Position numbers and translations under genes: made by a program
In this document: one piece after another, positions 21,061 through 32,187 of the stretch
Layout: each line of letters opens with the position of its first letter
Numbering within the stretch: the first letter of the stretch is position 1
The notes under the pieces: model-generated
Seen by the model: the letters and a program-made list of their open reading frames with translations, nothing else
What the model was told of the DNA's origin: nothing
Databases searched by the model: none
Assembly (NCBI GenBank): GCA_035542715.1
Contig: DATKKW010000024.1
Span: 43,062 to 107,061 of the forward strand
Direction of reading: 5' to 3'
DNA from: Myxococcota bacterium
GTDB taxonomy: Bacteria; Myxococcota_A; UBA9160
Length of the DNA: 64,000 nucleotides

Positions 21061-22856
21061 GCGCCGCCCGCCGGCGCCTCTCCCTTCCCCCGGAGCGGCG
21101 GCAGGAGCCGGGCGAGGGCCACCGCGTCGTCGAAGCGCTCGCACACGACGACGCGATCCTCGTCGCTCTCGATGCCCGCCCGCGCGAGCACCTCCGCCGG
21201 CTGCGGCTGGAGCCCACCGAGCACGACGCGCGCGCCCCCACGCCGCAGCCGATCGATCGTCGACTCGAGGTTCACGAGGCCCGTGGCGTCCATGATCGGC
21301 ACGTCGCGCACGTCGAGCAGCACCGTCGAGACGTGAGCTTCGACGGTGTCGAGGGCGCTCATCGCCTTCTGGGCGGCGCCGAAGAAGAGCGGGCCTCCGA
21401 TGTCGTAGACGAGGACCCCGGCGGGCAGCGGCGGCGAGATCGCCGCGTGCTCGCGGCCGACGAGCGTCACCTGGGAGATGTCGGCCATGCGGCGCATGAA
21501 GAGGAGCGCTGCGAGCAGGATCCCGACGGTCACGGCGATCACCATGTCGAAGACCACGGTGAGGCCGAAGCAGACGAGGAGCACGACCACGTCGCTGCGG
21601 GGCGCCACCCGGACGACGTGCACGAAGTGGGGGAGCTCGCTCATGTTCCAGGCGACCAGCAGCAGCATGGCGGCGAGCGCCGTCATCGGCAGGTGCCCGA
21701 GGAGCGGCGCGAGCACCATCACCGCGGCGAGCACGAAGGCCGCGTGGAAGACGGAGGCCATCGGAGAGCGCGCGCCCGCGCGGATGTTCGTCGCGGTGCG
21801 CGCGATCGCGCCCGTGGCCGCGATGCCGCCGAAGAACGGTGCGAGCAGGTTGCCCGCACCCTGGGCGAGGAGCTCGGTGTCGGGATCGTGCCGCGTCCCG
21901 GTCATGCCGTCCGCGATCACCGACGAGAGGAGCGACTCGATCGCCCCGAGCATGGCGATCGCGAAGGCGGCCGGCACGAGCTCGCGCACGAGATCGAGGC
22001 TCAGCGCGAGGGGTCGGCCGTCGGCGCCGGGGAACGTCCAGGGCAGCGCGAACATGGGCGGGAGGTTCGGGATCCCCGGGACGTGGACGCCGTCGCGCTC
22101 GAAGGAGAAGCGGCTCGCGATCGTGGCCACGCCGAGATCGGGCGCGAGCGCGCGCAGCGCTTCGGCGAGGGCGGTCGCGATCACGAGCGCGGCGAGGGGA
22201 CCGGGCACCGCCTTCGCGAGGCGCGGGAAGAGGCGCGGCCAGAGCACGAGGATCGCGAGGGCCAAGGAGCCGATCGCGACGTCGGGCAGCCGCGCGGTCG
22301 GGATCGCGCGGGCGAGCGTCACCACGCGCTCGAGGTAGTGGGCGGGCATGGGACCGGTCTCGAGCCCGAGGAAGTCCTTCAGCTGGAGCGTCGCGATCAC
22401 GACCGCGATGCCGGCCGTGAAGCCCGTCGTGACCGGATGCGGAACGAACTGGATCAGGCTTCCCAGGCGCGCCGCGCCGAGGCCCACGAGGATCACGCCG
22501 GCGAGCATCGAGGCCACGAGCAGGCCGCCCACGCCGTGCTCGGCCGCGATCGGCGACAGCACGACGACGAAGGCGGCGGTCGGTCCGGAGACCTGGAAGC
22601 GCGATCCGCCGAGCAGCGCGATCGTGGCCCCGGCGACGATCGCCGTGTAGAGGCCGTGCTGCGGCGGGACGCCGGAGGCGATCGCCAGGGCCATCGAGAG
22701 CGGGAGCGCGATGATGCCGACCACGACCCCGGCCAGGAGGTCGGCGCGCAGATCGGCGAGCCCGTAGCCGATCCGGAGCATGTGTCGCAGCGCCGCAGCG
22801 GGCTTCGCGCGAAGCGGAGCAGCACCGGTCGCCGACTCGTGTCTCGTCTGCGGCAT
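21057..22856 (-). CDS. SulP family anion permease with C-terminal STAS domain
   Basis: DLLAGVVVGIIALPLSMALAIASGVPP and FQVSGPTAAF are SulP signatures. The C-terminal ~110 aa are STAS-like. An alternative start is the internal Met at 22781. Confidence 0.85.
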   Translation of the reverse strand: MPQTRHESATGAAPLRAKPAAALRHMLRIGYGLADLRADLLAGVVVGIIALPLSMALAIASGVPPQHGLYTAIVAGATIALLGGSRFQVSGPTAAFVVVLSPIAAEHGVGGLLVASMLAGVILVGLGAARLGSLIQFVPHPVTTGFTAGIAVVIATLQLKDFLGLETGPMPAHYLERVVTLARAIPTARLPDVAIGSLALAILVLWPRLFPRLAKAVPGPLAALVIATALAEALRALAPDLGVATIASRFSFERDGVHVPGIPNLPPMFALPWTFPGADGRPLALSLDLVRELVPAAFAIAMLGAIESLLSSVIADGMTGTRHDPDTELLAQGAGNLLAPFFGGIAATGAIARTATNIRAGARSPMASVFHAAFVLAAVMVLAPLLGHLPMTALAAMLLLVAWNMSELPHFVHVVRVAPRSDVVVLLVCFGLTVVFDMVIAVTVGILLAALLFMRRMADISQVTLVGREHAAISPPLPAGVLVYDIGGPLFFGAAQKAMSALDTVEAHVSTVLLDVRDVPIMDATGLVNLESTIDRLRRGGARVVLGGLQPQPAEVLARAGIESDEDRVVVCERFDDAVALARLLPPLRGKGEAPAGGA

Positions 22857-22905
22857 GGGACGCGCGCGGAACGTAGTCGACGCGCCCGCGCGGAGCGAGC
22901 CCGCG

Positions 22906-24861
<1,956 letters not shown>

Positions 24862-24907
24862 GGGCGTGGCTCCTTCCGGGTCGTCTCGTGGCTTCGGTCG
24901 GACGGCC

Positions 24908-26203
24908 TCAGGACGCGCGCGTCCAGGCCTCGACGTCCGCCGGCTGCTTGGGGATCGCCGCGGTCAGGTTCTCGTGACCGCTCGCGGTGACGAGGACGTC
25001 GTCCTCGATCCGCACGCCGATGCCACGGAAGCGCGGGTCGACGTTCTCCGCGTCGGCCGCGACGTAGAGCCCCGGCTCGACGGTGAACACCATTCCCGGG
25101 CCGAGCGGACGGGGCTTCCCGCCGACGGTGTAGGCGCCGACGTCGTGCACGTCGAGGCCGAGCCAGTGGCTCGTGCGGTGCATGTAGTAGCTGCGGAAGG
25201 CGCCGCTCTCGATCAGGCCGTCGACCGAGCCCGAGAGCAGGCCGAGCTTCACCATGCCTTCCGTCAGCACGCGGACCGTGGCCTGGTGGATCTCCTCGAG
25301 CGTCGCCCCGGGCTTCGCGAGCGAGAGGCCGACCTCCTGGGACGCGAGCACCAGCTCGTACACGTCGCGCGCGGGCCCTTCGAAGCGCCCGCCCACGGGA
25401 TAGGTGCGGGTCACGTCGGACGCGTAGCCCTCGAGCTCGCAGCCCGCGTCGACCAGCACGAGCTCGCCGTCGCGGAGCGGCTGATCGTTCGTCACGTAGT
25501 GCAGGATCGTCGCGTTGCGTCCGCCGCCCACGATCGTGCTGTAGGCGGGCCCGCTCGCGCCGCGGCGCCGGAAGCCGTGGTCGAGGGCGGCCTCGAGCTC
25601 GAACTCCATCACCCCGCCGCGCGCGAGGCGCGCGGCGGCAGCGTGGGCCTCGCGAGAGACGTCGGCCGCTCGGCGCATCACCGCGATCTCGGCCTCGCTC
25701 TTCACGAGCCGCATCTCGTGGAGCACCGAGCGCGGGTCGACGAGCTCGGCCGGCGGCACGACGCCGGTGCGCGAGCGCAGGCGCATGCTCTCGAGGCTCT
25801 CGACGAGCTTCGCGTCGACGGCGGCGTCGCGCCCGTACACGTAGAAGAGACGGCGCGCGCCCTCCAGCAGGCCCGGGATCTTCGCCAGCAGCTCCTCGCG
25901 CGGAAACGCCTGGTCCGCGCCGAAGTCGCGCACCGCGCCCTCCACGCCGGGCCGGTAGCCGTTCCAGATCTCGGCCTCGCGCTCGCGCGGCTCGACGAAC
26001 AGGGTGAAGGCGGGGCCGCCGTCGCTGCGCAGCACCGCGGCGGCGTTCGGATGAGCGAAGCCCGTCAGGTACCAGAAGTCGCTGTCCTGGCGGAACGGAT
26101 AGTGGGTGTCGTTCGAGCGCGTGACGGGGCGCGCGCCGAGCAGGAGCGCCACCGCTCCCGGGCCCATCGCCTCGAGGAATCGCCGCCGTCGCTCTTCGAA
26201 CAC
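24908..26203 (-). CDS. pepP: Xaa-Pro aminopeptidase (M24B)
   Basis: 431 aa. It has the AMP_N motif [13 protein letters not shown] and the pita-bread metal ligands ([19 protein letters not shown]). Confidence 0.9.
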   Translation of the reverse strand: MFEERRRRFLEAMGPGAVALLLGARPVTRSNDTHYPFRQDSDFWYLTGFAHPNAAAVLRSDGGPAFTLFVEPREREAEIWNGYRPGVEGAVRDFGADQAFPREELLAKIPGLLEGARRLFYVYGRDAAVDAKLVESLESMRLRSRTGVVPPAELVDPRSVLHEMRLVKSEAEIAVMRRAADVSREAHAAAARLARGGVMEFELEAALDHGFRRRGASGPAYSTIVGGGRNATILHYVTNDQPLRDGELVLVDAGCELEGYASDVTRTYPVGGRFEGPARDVYELVLASQEVGLSLAKPGATLEEIHQATVRVLTEGMVKLGLLSGSVDGLIESGAFRSYYMHRTSHWLGLDVHDVGAYTVGGKPRPLGPGMVFTVEPGLYVAADAENVDPRFRGIGVRIEDDVLVTASGHENLTAAIPKQPADVEAWTRAS

Positions 26204-26220
26204 GGCGGAACCTTAGCCGC

Positions 26221-27441
26221 TCACGGGGCGGAGCCGCACACGACGCGAATGCTCCCGCACTCGGTGGCGCAGACGCGGCCGCCGCGCAGGATCCCGGTGT
26301 AGAACAGCGCGTCGCGGGAGGAACGGGGGAGGTCGAGGGTGCGCACGGCGTGGGCGTCGTCCGCCCATGGATCGACGACGTGGATCCGCCCGCTCCAGCG
26401 TGTCACCACGAGGCGGCGGTCGGCGGGGTCGTCGGCGGGCTTCACGTCCTGGGCGAAGTCGACGCTCGGGAAGTCGTCGTCGAGCAGGAGCACGCGGCCT
26501 TCCTGCCGCGGCACGGCCGACGAGCCCGGCACGCCCGGAGGCACGATCCGGAGCAAGAGGCGGGAGCCGCTCCGCTCGACCAGATAGCCGTTGCCATGGG
26601 CGTCGAAGGTCATGAACTCGACCTCGGGCTCCGACCAGCGCGCGAGCTCGCGTCCGTTGGCGTTCAGGACTCGCACGTCGTGGCCGACGAGGCTCCGATC
26701 GGCAGCGAGGAGATCGGTGTTGACCCAGATCTGCCCCCGGCTCGGGTCGTAGGCCACGCTCTTCGCAGCCGGCACGATCCCGGGCGCGGAGCTCAACGCA
26801 TGCTCCGCGATCAGCTCTCCATCGGGGCGGAACCAGACGACCGAGCCGGCCTCGCCCGCAGGGCCGCCGTACCGCGTGGCGAGCACCGAGCCTCCGGGTC
26901 CGAGGAAGAGCTCGTTCAGGCCGAGCCCGAGCCCGTCGAAGCGCCAGGTCTCCCCCGTCTGCGGGTCCGTCACGCCGCTCGTCTCGAAGAACGTCGTGAA
27001 GTAGACGCGGCCGTTCGGATGGGCGAGCACGTCCCACACGCTCGAGCGAGCCGGCGATCCCAACGGGCCGGAGGCCTCGAGGGGGGCGAGCAGCATCAGG
27101 CGATCGAGGTCCATGCGGCCGATCTGCTGCAGGCCGCTGATGCGCAGATCGGCCGTGGGGTCACCCCCGGCCGCGCGCATCGCGGCCCAGAACGGCGACT
27201 CGCCGAAGTAGAGGACGCCGCCTCGCGCGTCGCCGTACCAGGCGCAGTAGCTCTCGTGCAGGCTCGGAGAGGGAGCCTCGACCACGATCGGCGTCGCGCT
27301 TTCGATCGGCGGCTGCGTCCAGGTCCGAACGTCGCTGCATCCGCCGGCGAACACGATGACGAGAAGACCGGCGAATGCCGCGGCGATCGTAGGCACGGGC
27401 GTGCCGGGGCGTGCGCGAGCCGCATCCGGAGGCACCGCCAC
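26221..27441 (-). CDS. lipoprotein with beta-propeller-like repeats, unknown function
   Basis: The lipobox is VIVFAGGC. I placed the start at GTG 27441 (27435 also possible). The 37 extra codons up to track start 27552 use many A/T-ending codons (ctt cga ttg gca gat), atypical for this genome. Confidence 0.6.
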   Translation of the reverse strand: MAVPPDAARARPGTPVPTIAAAFAGLLVIVFAGGCSDVRTWTQPPIESATPIVVEAPSPSLHESYCAWYGDARGGVLYFGESPFWAAMRAAGGDPTADLRISGLQQIGRMDLDRLMLLAPLEASGPLGSPARSSVWDVLAHPNGRVYFTTFFETSGVTDPQTGETWRFDGLGLGLNELFLGPGGSVLATRYGGPAGEAGSVVWFRPDGELIAEHALSSAPGIVPAAKSVAYDPSRGQIWVNTDLLAADRSLVGHDVRVLNANGRELARWSEPEVEFMTFDAHGNGYLVERSGSRLLLRIVPPGVPGSSAVPRQEGRVLLLDDDFPSVDFAQDVKPADDPADRRLVVTRWSGRIHVVDPWADDAHAVRTLDLPRSSRDALFYTGILRGGRVCATECGSIRVVCGSAP

Positions 27442-27625
27442 TTTCGGCGGCGGTGCCGAAGGGCTCTCAAGTCCCCGATCTTGCTTGGAAGGGCCCTTCG
27501 GCGACGGCGGGCCGGCGGAATCTGCTGCCAATCGAAGCTGCAGCCGCCTCACGGCGTGCCGCGCCAGACGCCTCGGGGCGCTCGGTAGATCGGCGAGTTA
27601 GCCGTCGGCTTCTCGCGGCGCGAGC

Positions 27626-27640
27626 TGGCACGGCTCCTGC
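27626..27640 (+). promoter_or_regulatory. candidate sigma-54 (-24/-12) promoter
   Basis: TGGCACGGCTCCTGC (27626..27640, followed by T at 27641) compared with consensus TGGCACG-N4-TTGCW. Only the first T of TTGC is mismatched. It points into a region with no ORF and is opposite in orientation to both flanking genes. Confidence 0.5.
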
Positions 27641-27651
27641 TTAAGGATCTG

Positions 27652-27812
27652 GTCGGAGCCGATCTGGATCGAAGACAGACGGTGTTCGTGGGCGCGCTCA
27701 CCACTGGCTTCGTTGTCCTGAGGCTCCGAGGATCCACAAGGAAGGCGCTTTCCCCCAGAACGGCACCCCGCCTGACCCTTCGGAACCTCGGGACACCAGA
27801 TCGAATCGGCCC
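27652..27812 (+). ncRNA. ssrS: candidate 6S-like regulatory RNA
   Basis: There is no credible ORF here. The ends are complementary (GCCGAUCUGG 27658-67 against CCAGAU 27796-801 plus AUCGGC 27805-10). Internal blocks GGUGUUCG, CCUGAG, CCACAAG, GGCGCU and CCUCGGGA occur in the same order as the blocks I recall from E. coli 6S RNA. The segment is flanked by a promoter and a terminator. Ends are approximate. Confidence 0.5.
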
Positions 27813-27846
27813 CCCGGAGAAATACTCCGGGGGGCCACTTGCTTTT
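27808..27846 (+). terminator. intrinsic terminator (perfect 12-bp GC stem, 5-nt loop, U-rich tail)
   Basis: GGCCCCCCGGAG-AAATA-CTCCGGGGGGCC (27808..27836) is followed by ACTTGCTTTTC. The T-rich tail exists only on the + strand. Confidence 0.7.
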
Positions 27847-27847
27847 C

Positions 27848-27869
27848 GGGACCGGCATCAGCCGGTCCC
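27848..27869. terminator. 9-bp GC hairpin spanning the rnd stop codon
   Basis: GGGACCGGC-ATCA-GCCGGTCCC. The loop contains the TGA of rnd (minus strand, 27858..27860). There is no U-tract on the minus strand, so a terminator role for rnd is uncertain. Confidence 0.35.
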
Positions 27870-29087
27870 AGCGGCGTCCTCGGCGCGGTCGGCCTTCAAC
27901 ACGCCCGCGACCTCCGCGCCGAACTCCCGGCCGAACCATCCCTTGACCTCGGACATGCGCCGCAGCTCGTCGACCGTGGCGGGTCGCTCGATCGCGATCG
28001 CCTCGAGCGTCGAGTTGGGACAGAGGACGCCCGGGTCGAGACCGAGGGCGGCCGCGCGCTCGGAGCGCCAGCGCTTCAAGGCCGAGACGATCCGCTCGCT
28101 CCGGCGGTCCATGCGGCGCCGGCCCGGACCTTCCGTCTTGGGGATCGGGCCGTGGCCCGACTTCCGTCCTCGCGCGACTGCGGCCAGCACCTCCCGCCCG
28201 AGCCGGCGCAGGATCAGGTCGGTCACGCCCTTGATCGTCGAGAGCTCCTCGATCGCGTGGGGCTGGCGCTCGGCGATCTCGAGCAGCGTGCGGTTGCCCA
28301 ACACCTTGAAGGGCGGACGGTCGATCTCCCGGGCACGGGCGTCGCGCATCAGGTAGAGCTCGCGCAGCACCGCGAGGCTCGTGCGATCGATCCCGCGCGC
28401 TCCCTTGATGCGCAGGTAGCCGAGCTCGTCGAACTGGCGATCGGGCCACTCTCGCTGGCAGAGCAGCGCGAACTCCTCCTGGGCCCAGAGCGTGCGCCCC
28501 GCCTGCTCGAGCTCCCGCTCGAGCTTCTCCGCGAGGGCGATCAGGTACACGACGTCCGCCGCGGCATAGTCGAGCTGGTTCTGGGTGAGCGGACGCGCGG
28601 ACCAGTCGGAGCGCTGCTCGTCCTTCGGGAGCGACACGTCGAAATGTCGCTCGACGAGGGCCTGGAGCCCGATCGACGGGTAGCCGAGGAGCTGCGCGCA
28701 GACCATCGTGTCGAACAGGCCCGCGAAGCGGAAGCCGCCGTCCCGCTTCAGCACGAAGATGTCGTACTCCGCGGCGTGGAAGATCTTGCGGATGTCCGGG
28801 TCGGCGAAGACGGGCGCCAGCGGCGCGAGCTCGGCGGGCCCGCCGAAGGCGAGGGGATCGACGAGGTAGATCTGTCGGCGCGTGGCGATCTGCACCAGGC
28901 AGGTCTTGTCGAAGTAGTGATAGAAGCTGTCGGCTTCCGTATCGAAGGCGACGACGTCCTCGCCGAGGAGCTCCTGCGCCAGCGCCTCCAGATCGGCACG
29001 CGTCTCGATGCGATGATAGTCGGCCAAGCGGCGCCCTCGACTTCCGAGCGCGCCTTCCGGCGCGCGAACACCCACGAGCGAGACCAC
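27858..29087 (-). CDS. rnd: ribonuclease D
   Basis: 409 aa. It has the DEDDy 3'-5' exonuclease motifs (VAFDTEADSFYHY, HAAEYD, YAAADVVYL) and a C-terminal HRDC-like region. Confidence 0.85.
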   Translation of the reverse strand: MVSLVGVRAPEGALGSRGRRLADYHRIETRADLEALAQELLGEDVVAFDTEADSFYHYFDKTCLVQIATRRQIYLVDPLAFGGPAELAPLAPVFADPDIRKIFHAAEYDIFVLKRDGGFRFAGLFDTMVCAQLLGYPSIGLQALVERHFDVSLPKDEQRSDWSARPLTQNQLDYAAADVVYLIALAEKLERELEQAGRTLWAQEEFALLCQREWPDRQFDELGYLRIKGARGIDRTSLAVLRELYLMRDARAREIDRPPFKVLGNRTLLEIAERQPHAIEELSTIKGVTDLILRRLGREVLAAVARGRKSGHGPIPKTEGPGRRRMDRRSERIVSALKRWRSERAAALGLDPGVLCPNSTLEAIAIERPATVDELRRMSEVKGWFGREFGAEVAGVLKADRAEDAAGTG

Positions 29088-29214
29088 GAACGGTTCGGCG
29101 AGGGGGCGAGCCGGGATCGAGGAGGCGAGTCCGACTCGCGGGAGACACTAGCCGAGCGCCAGCGGTGCGGTCAGCCCCGGCCACGGCAGGGCCCGGCCTC
29201 TATCCTCGGGCTCC

Positions 29215-30390
29215 GTGGTCAGGACCGGCGCGGGCAGCTCGAATCTCCCTTCGGCCGCGAAGGCGGCCGAGGCCGCCTGCCACGCAGCGCTCGCGGCCGG
29301 CGGCCTCGATCGGGCCGAGGCCGCCCTGCTGTTCGCCGCGGGTCCGGTCACCGGCTCGAGCCAGGAGATGATGGAGGCGGCCGTAGCCGCCCTCGGGACC
29401 TCGGCGGTCATCGGCGCGAGCGCCGACGGTCTCGTCGTCCCGGCTCGACCCGGGGGTGCGGACGAGGCGTCCGGGGTGGCCGTCCTTGCCCTCTCCGGCC
29501 TCCAGGCCGAGCCCCTCCTGCTGGCCGGACTCGCGGGCCGCGAGCGGAGCGCCGGGCCCGAGATCCTCGCAGTCCTGGGCGGCTCGACGACCGATCGGGA
29601 TCTCGTCCTCGTCCTTCCCGATCCCCTCGCGCTCGACGCGGCGGCGCTCGTGGCGGGGCTCCGCGACTCCCTCGGGCCCGCGGTCCTCGTGGGAGCCGGG
29701 GCGACGCCGACGCGGGACGGGCCGCCCCTCGCGTGGTGTGGCGACGAGGTGTCTCCCGCCGCCGCGGCCGTGCTCGTGCTGCGCGCCGCGCGTCCCCCGC
29801 GTGTTCGTGTCACCCAATCCTGCCATCCGGCGTCGCCGCTGCAGACGGTCACGCGCGCCGAAGGGCATTGGGTGCTCGAGCTCGACGGCCGCCCGGCCCT
29901 CGAGGCGTACCGTGAGGCCGCCCTCGGTCCCCTCGCCGCCGATCTGCGCCGCGCGGCCTCCTTCCTCCTCGTCGCGCTGCCGCGGCGCGCGGACGCCTCC
30001 CTCGCGCCCGGGAGCTACCTCGTCCGGCACGTGGTCGGGTTCGACGGCGCGCGGGAGGCCTTCGCGCTGCCGGAGCCCGTGGCGAAGGGGCGGCGCCTCT
30101 CCTTCGTGCTGCGCGACGCCGGCGCCGCCCGGCAGGACCTCGCGGCACTGCTCGAGGGCGTCTCGCCGCCGCAGCCCGCCGCCGCGATCTACCTCGACTG
30201 CTGCGCGCGCGGGGCGTCTCTCTTCGGTGTCGCGGGGCTCGAGGCGGGCTACCTCGAGCGCGCGCTCCCCGGCGTGCCCCTGGTCGGCGTGCTCGGCGCC
30301 TGCGAGATCGGACCGATCGGCGGCGTCGCCGAGCTCCTCACCTATACGGGGGTCCTCGCGCTGCTGGACGGAGACGCCGCGGGCGAGTAA
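29215..30390 (+). CDS. stand-alone FIST-domain sensory protein
   Basis: 391 aa, GTG start. The layout and composition match FIST_N + FIST_C (ALLFAAG...GASADG...GVAVLAL; C-terminal GVLGACEIGP). No output domain is fused. Confidence 0.7.
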   Translation: MVRTGAGSSNLPSAAKAAEAACHAALAAGGLDRAEAALLFAAGPVTGSSQEMMEAAVAALGTSAVIGASADGLVVPARPGGADEASGVAVLALSGLQAEPLLLAGLAGRERSAGPEILAVLGGSTTDRDLVLVLPDPLALDAAALVAGLRDSLGPAVLVGAGATPTRDGPPLAWCGDEVSPAAAAVLVLRAARPPRVRVTQSCHPASPLQTVTRAEGHWVLELDGRPALEAYREAALGPLAADLRRAASFLLVALPRRADASLAPGSYLVRHVVGFDGAREAFALPEPVAKGRRLSFVLRDAGAARQDLAALLEGVSPPQPAAAIYLDCCARGASLFGVAGLEAGYLERALPGVPLVGVLGACEIGPIGGVAELLTYTGVLALLDGDAAGE

Positions 30391-30393
30391 GGT

Positions 30394-30432
30394 CGTTCCG
30401 TATCGAGGAACGACGTTCCGATATTCGGAACG
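30394..30432. promoter_or_regulatory. two tandem palindromes (candidate IclR operator)
   Basis: CGTTCC-GTATCGA-GGAACG (30394..30412) and CGTTCCGA-TAT-TCGGAACG (30414..30432) are 1 nt apart. They lie 34 nt upstream of the IclR start codon. Confidence 0.5.
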
Positions 30433-30465
30433 ATCCGCACCCCGGAGCCGAGGACGGGATCTCCC

Positions 30466-31293
30466 GTGGAGCCGACAGGCACCGTCGAGAAGGCCCTCGA
30501 TGTGCTCTTCCACCTGCACGCGACGGGCGAGCCCCAGGGCCTCGGGGCGATTGCTCGCGCCCTCGGCCTGCCGAAGTCGAGCGCTCACCGCCTGCTGGCC
30601 TCGCTTGCGCGCCGTGGGCTCGTCGAGCAGGACACGGAGGGGCGGTATCAGCCCGGCATCGCACTGGTCGCACTCGGCCTCGGGGCCCTCGAGCGCGAGC
30701 CCGTCGTGCGTGCGGCGCGACCGGTGCTCGAGGCCGAGGCCCGCGCGCTCGGCCACACGCTCTTCCTCACCGCGCTCCGCGGTGGCGCCATCACCGTGCT
30801 CGACATGGCCGAGGGCCCCGGATTCCTGCGGGCGGCGCCGCGCATCGGCGAGACCGTGCCCGTCCATGCGACGGCCGTGGGCCGTCTCCATCTGGCCTTC
30901 GAGCCCGAGCGCGTCCCGCTCGCGCGCGGGGCCCTCGCGCGGTTCACGGAGCGCACGCGTACGGATCGCGCCGCCCTCGCGCAGGAAGTGGCCCGCGTGC
31001 GCGCCCAGGGCTGGGCCGAGAACCGCGAGGAGTGGACGCGCGGGCTCGTCGTGGTGGCGGCGCCGGTCCTGCTCGGAGGCCGCCTCGTCGCGTCGCTCGC
31101 GATCGGAGCGCCGAGCGCCGGGCTGCCCGAGCGCGACGTGCCCGACGTGGCGGCACGACTCGTGGACGCGGCCCGCCGCGTGGCGGAGCGCCTCGAGGGA
31201 CGCGGCACGAATTCCTCCGCGGCGGCGGCCTCCGCCGCGACACCGCAGCGCAGCCAGGGCGCCGGCCGCCGACGCCAGGGAGGATCGCGATGA
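30466..31293 (+). CDS. IclR family transcriptional regulator
   Basis: The N-terminal wHTH VEKALDVLFHL...LGAIARALGLPKSSAHRLLASLARRGLVEQD is followed by an IclR effector domain. GTG start. The 3' end overlaps the next gene by 4 nt. Confidence 0.85.
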   Translation: MEPTGTVEKALDVLFHLHATGEPQGLGAIARALGLPKSSAHRLLASLARRGLVEQDTEGRYQPGIALVALGLGALEREPVVRAARPVLEAEARALGHTLFLTALRGGAITVLDMAEGPGFLRAAPRIGETVPVHATAVGRLHLAFEPERVPLARGALARFTERTRTDRAALAQEVARVRAQGWAENREEWTRGLVVVAAPVLLGGRLVASLAIGAPSAGLPERDVPDVAARLVDAARRVAERLEGRGTNSSAAAASAATPQRSQGAGRRRQGGSR

Positions 31294-32174
31294 AAGTCTG
31301 GCTCGAAGGTCGTGTGGTCGATGCCGCCGACGCGCGGATCCCCGTGCTCGATCACGGGCTCCTCTACGGCGACGGCGTGTTCGAGGGGATCCGCATCTAC
31401 GGACGCCGGGTGTTCCGGCTCGACGACCACCTCGCGCGACTCGCGGTCTCGGCGCGCGCGATCGGACTCGCGATCCCGGGCGGCACGGAGGCCTTGCGCC
31501 CGATCGTGCTCGAGACCGCGCGAGCGTTCGCGGCCGAGACGGGCCGCGACGATGGCTACGTGCGCCTCATCGTGACCCGCGGCGACGGCGCGCTCGGCGT
31601 CGATCCCGCGAGCTGTCCTACGCCGCGCGTCGTCTGCATCGTCGACGCGATCCGTCTCTTTCCGCAGGAGAAGCTCGAGCAGGGCCTCGATCTCGTCACG
31701 GCGAGCGTGCGCCGGCCGCCGGCCGACGTGCTCGAGCCGCGCGTGAAGAGCCTGAACTACCTGAACAGCGTGCTCGCGAAGCAAGAAGCGCGACGCCAGG
31801 GCGCCGACGAGGCGTTGATCCTGAATCTCGCGGGCCAGATCGCGGAGGCGAGCGTTGCGAACGTGTTCGTGGTGCGGGGCGGTGCGCTCGCGACGCCGCC
31901 GGCGACGGACGGCGCGCTCGAGGGAATCACGCGCGCGACGGTGCTCGAGCTCGCCGCATCCCTCGGCATTCCGGCGGGCGAGCGGACGCTCGGCCGTGTC
32001 GATCTCTTCGGGGCCGACGAGGCGTTCCTCACGGGAACCGGAGCCCGGATCGTGCCGGTGCGCTCGCTCGACGGCTGCGTGATCGGCAAGGGCGGCCTCG
32101 GTCCGGTGACCGCGCAGATCGTCGAGGCGTTCCTGCGCTACGCGCACGAGCCCGCGCACGGCGTCGCCTTCTAG
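31290..32174 (+). CDS. ilvE: class IV aminotransferase (branched-chain amino acid aminotransferase-like)
   Basis: ATG at 31290 follows GGGAGGA. It carries DHGLLYGDGVFEGIR, KSLNYL and EGITR motifs of fold-type IV PLP enzymes. A D-amino-acid aminotransferase cannot be excluded. Confidence 0.75.
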   Translation: MKVWLEGRVVDAADARIPVLDHGLLYGDGVFEGIRIYGRRVFRLDDHLARLAVSARAIGLAIPGGTEALRPIVLETARAFAAETGRDDGYVRLIVTRGDGALGVDPASCPTPRVVCIVDAIRLFPQEKLEQGLDLVTASVRRPPADVLEPRVKSLNYLNSVLAKQEARRQGADEALILNLAGQIAEASVANVFVVRGGALATPPATDGALEGITRATVLELAASLGIPAGERTLGRVDLFGADEAFLTGTGARIVPVRSLDGCVIGKGGLGPVTAQIVEAFLRYAHEPAHGVAF

Positions 32175-32187
32175 CGCTCGCCGCCGC

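Noticed and set aside
27442-27552. N-terminal 37-codon extension of the lipoprotein ORF (track start 27552).
   Set aside because: Its codons often end in A/T (ctt, cga, ttg, gca, gat), unlike the rest of the genome. It would also place about 70 residues before the signal peptide. GTG 27441/27435 gives a normal lipoprotein leader.
27600-27860. Possibility that the structured intergenic RNA is SRP RNA, RNase P RNA or tmRNA.
   Set aside because: I could not find the hallmark motifs: the SRP GGAA/AGCA domain IV loop pattern, the RNase P GAGGAAAGUCC motif, or a tmRNA tRNA-like end with a tag ORF. The ~160-190 nt length also fits 6S better.
27682-28356. 224-aa plus-strand ORF starting inside the candidate RNA region.
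   Set aside because: It reads straight through a perfect 12-bp terminator hairpin and then runs antisense to rnd. It has no SD, and its composition is atypical.
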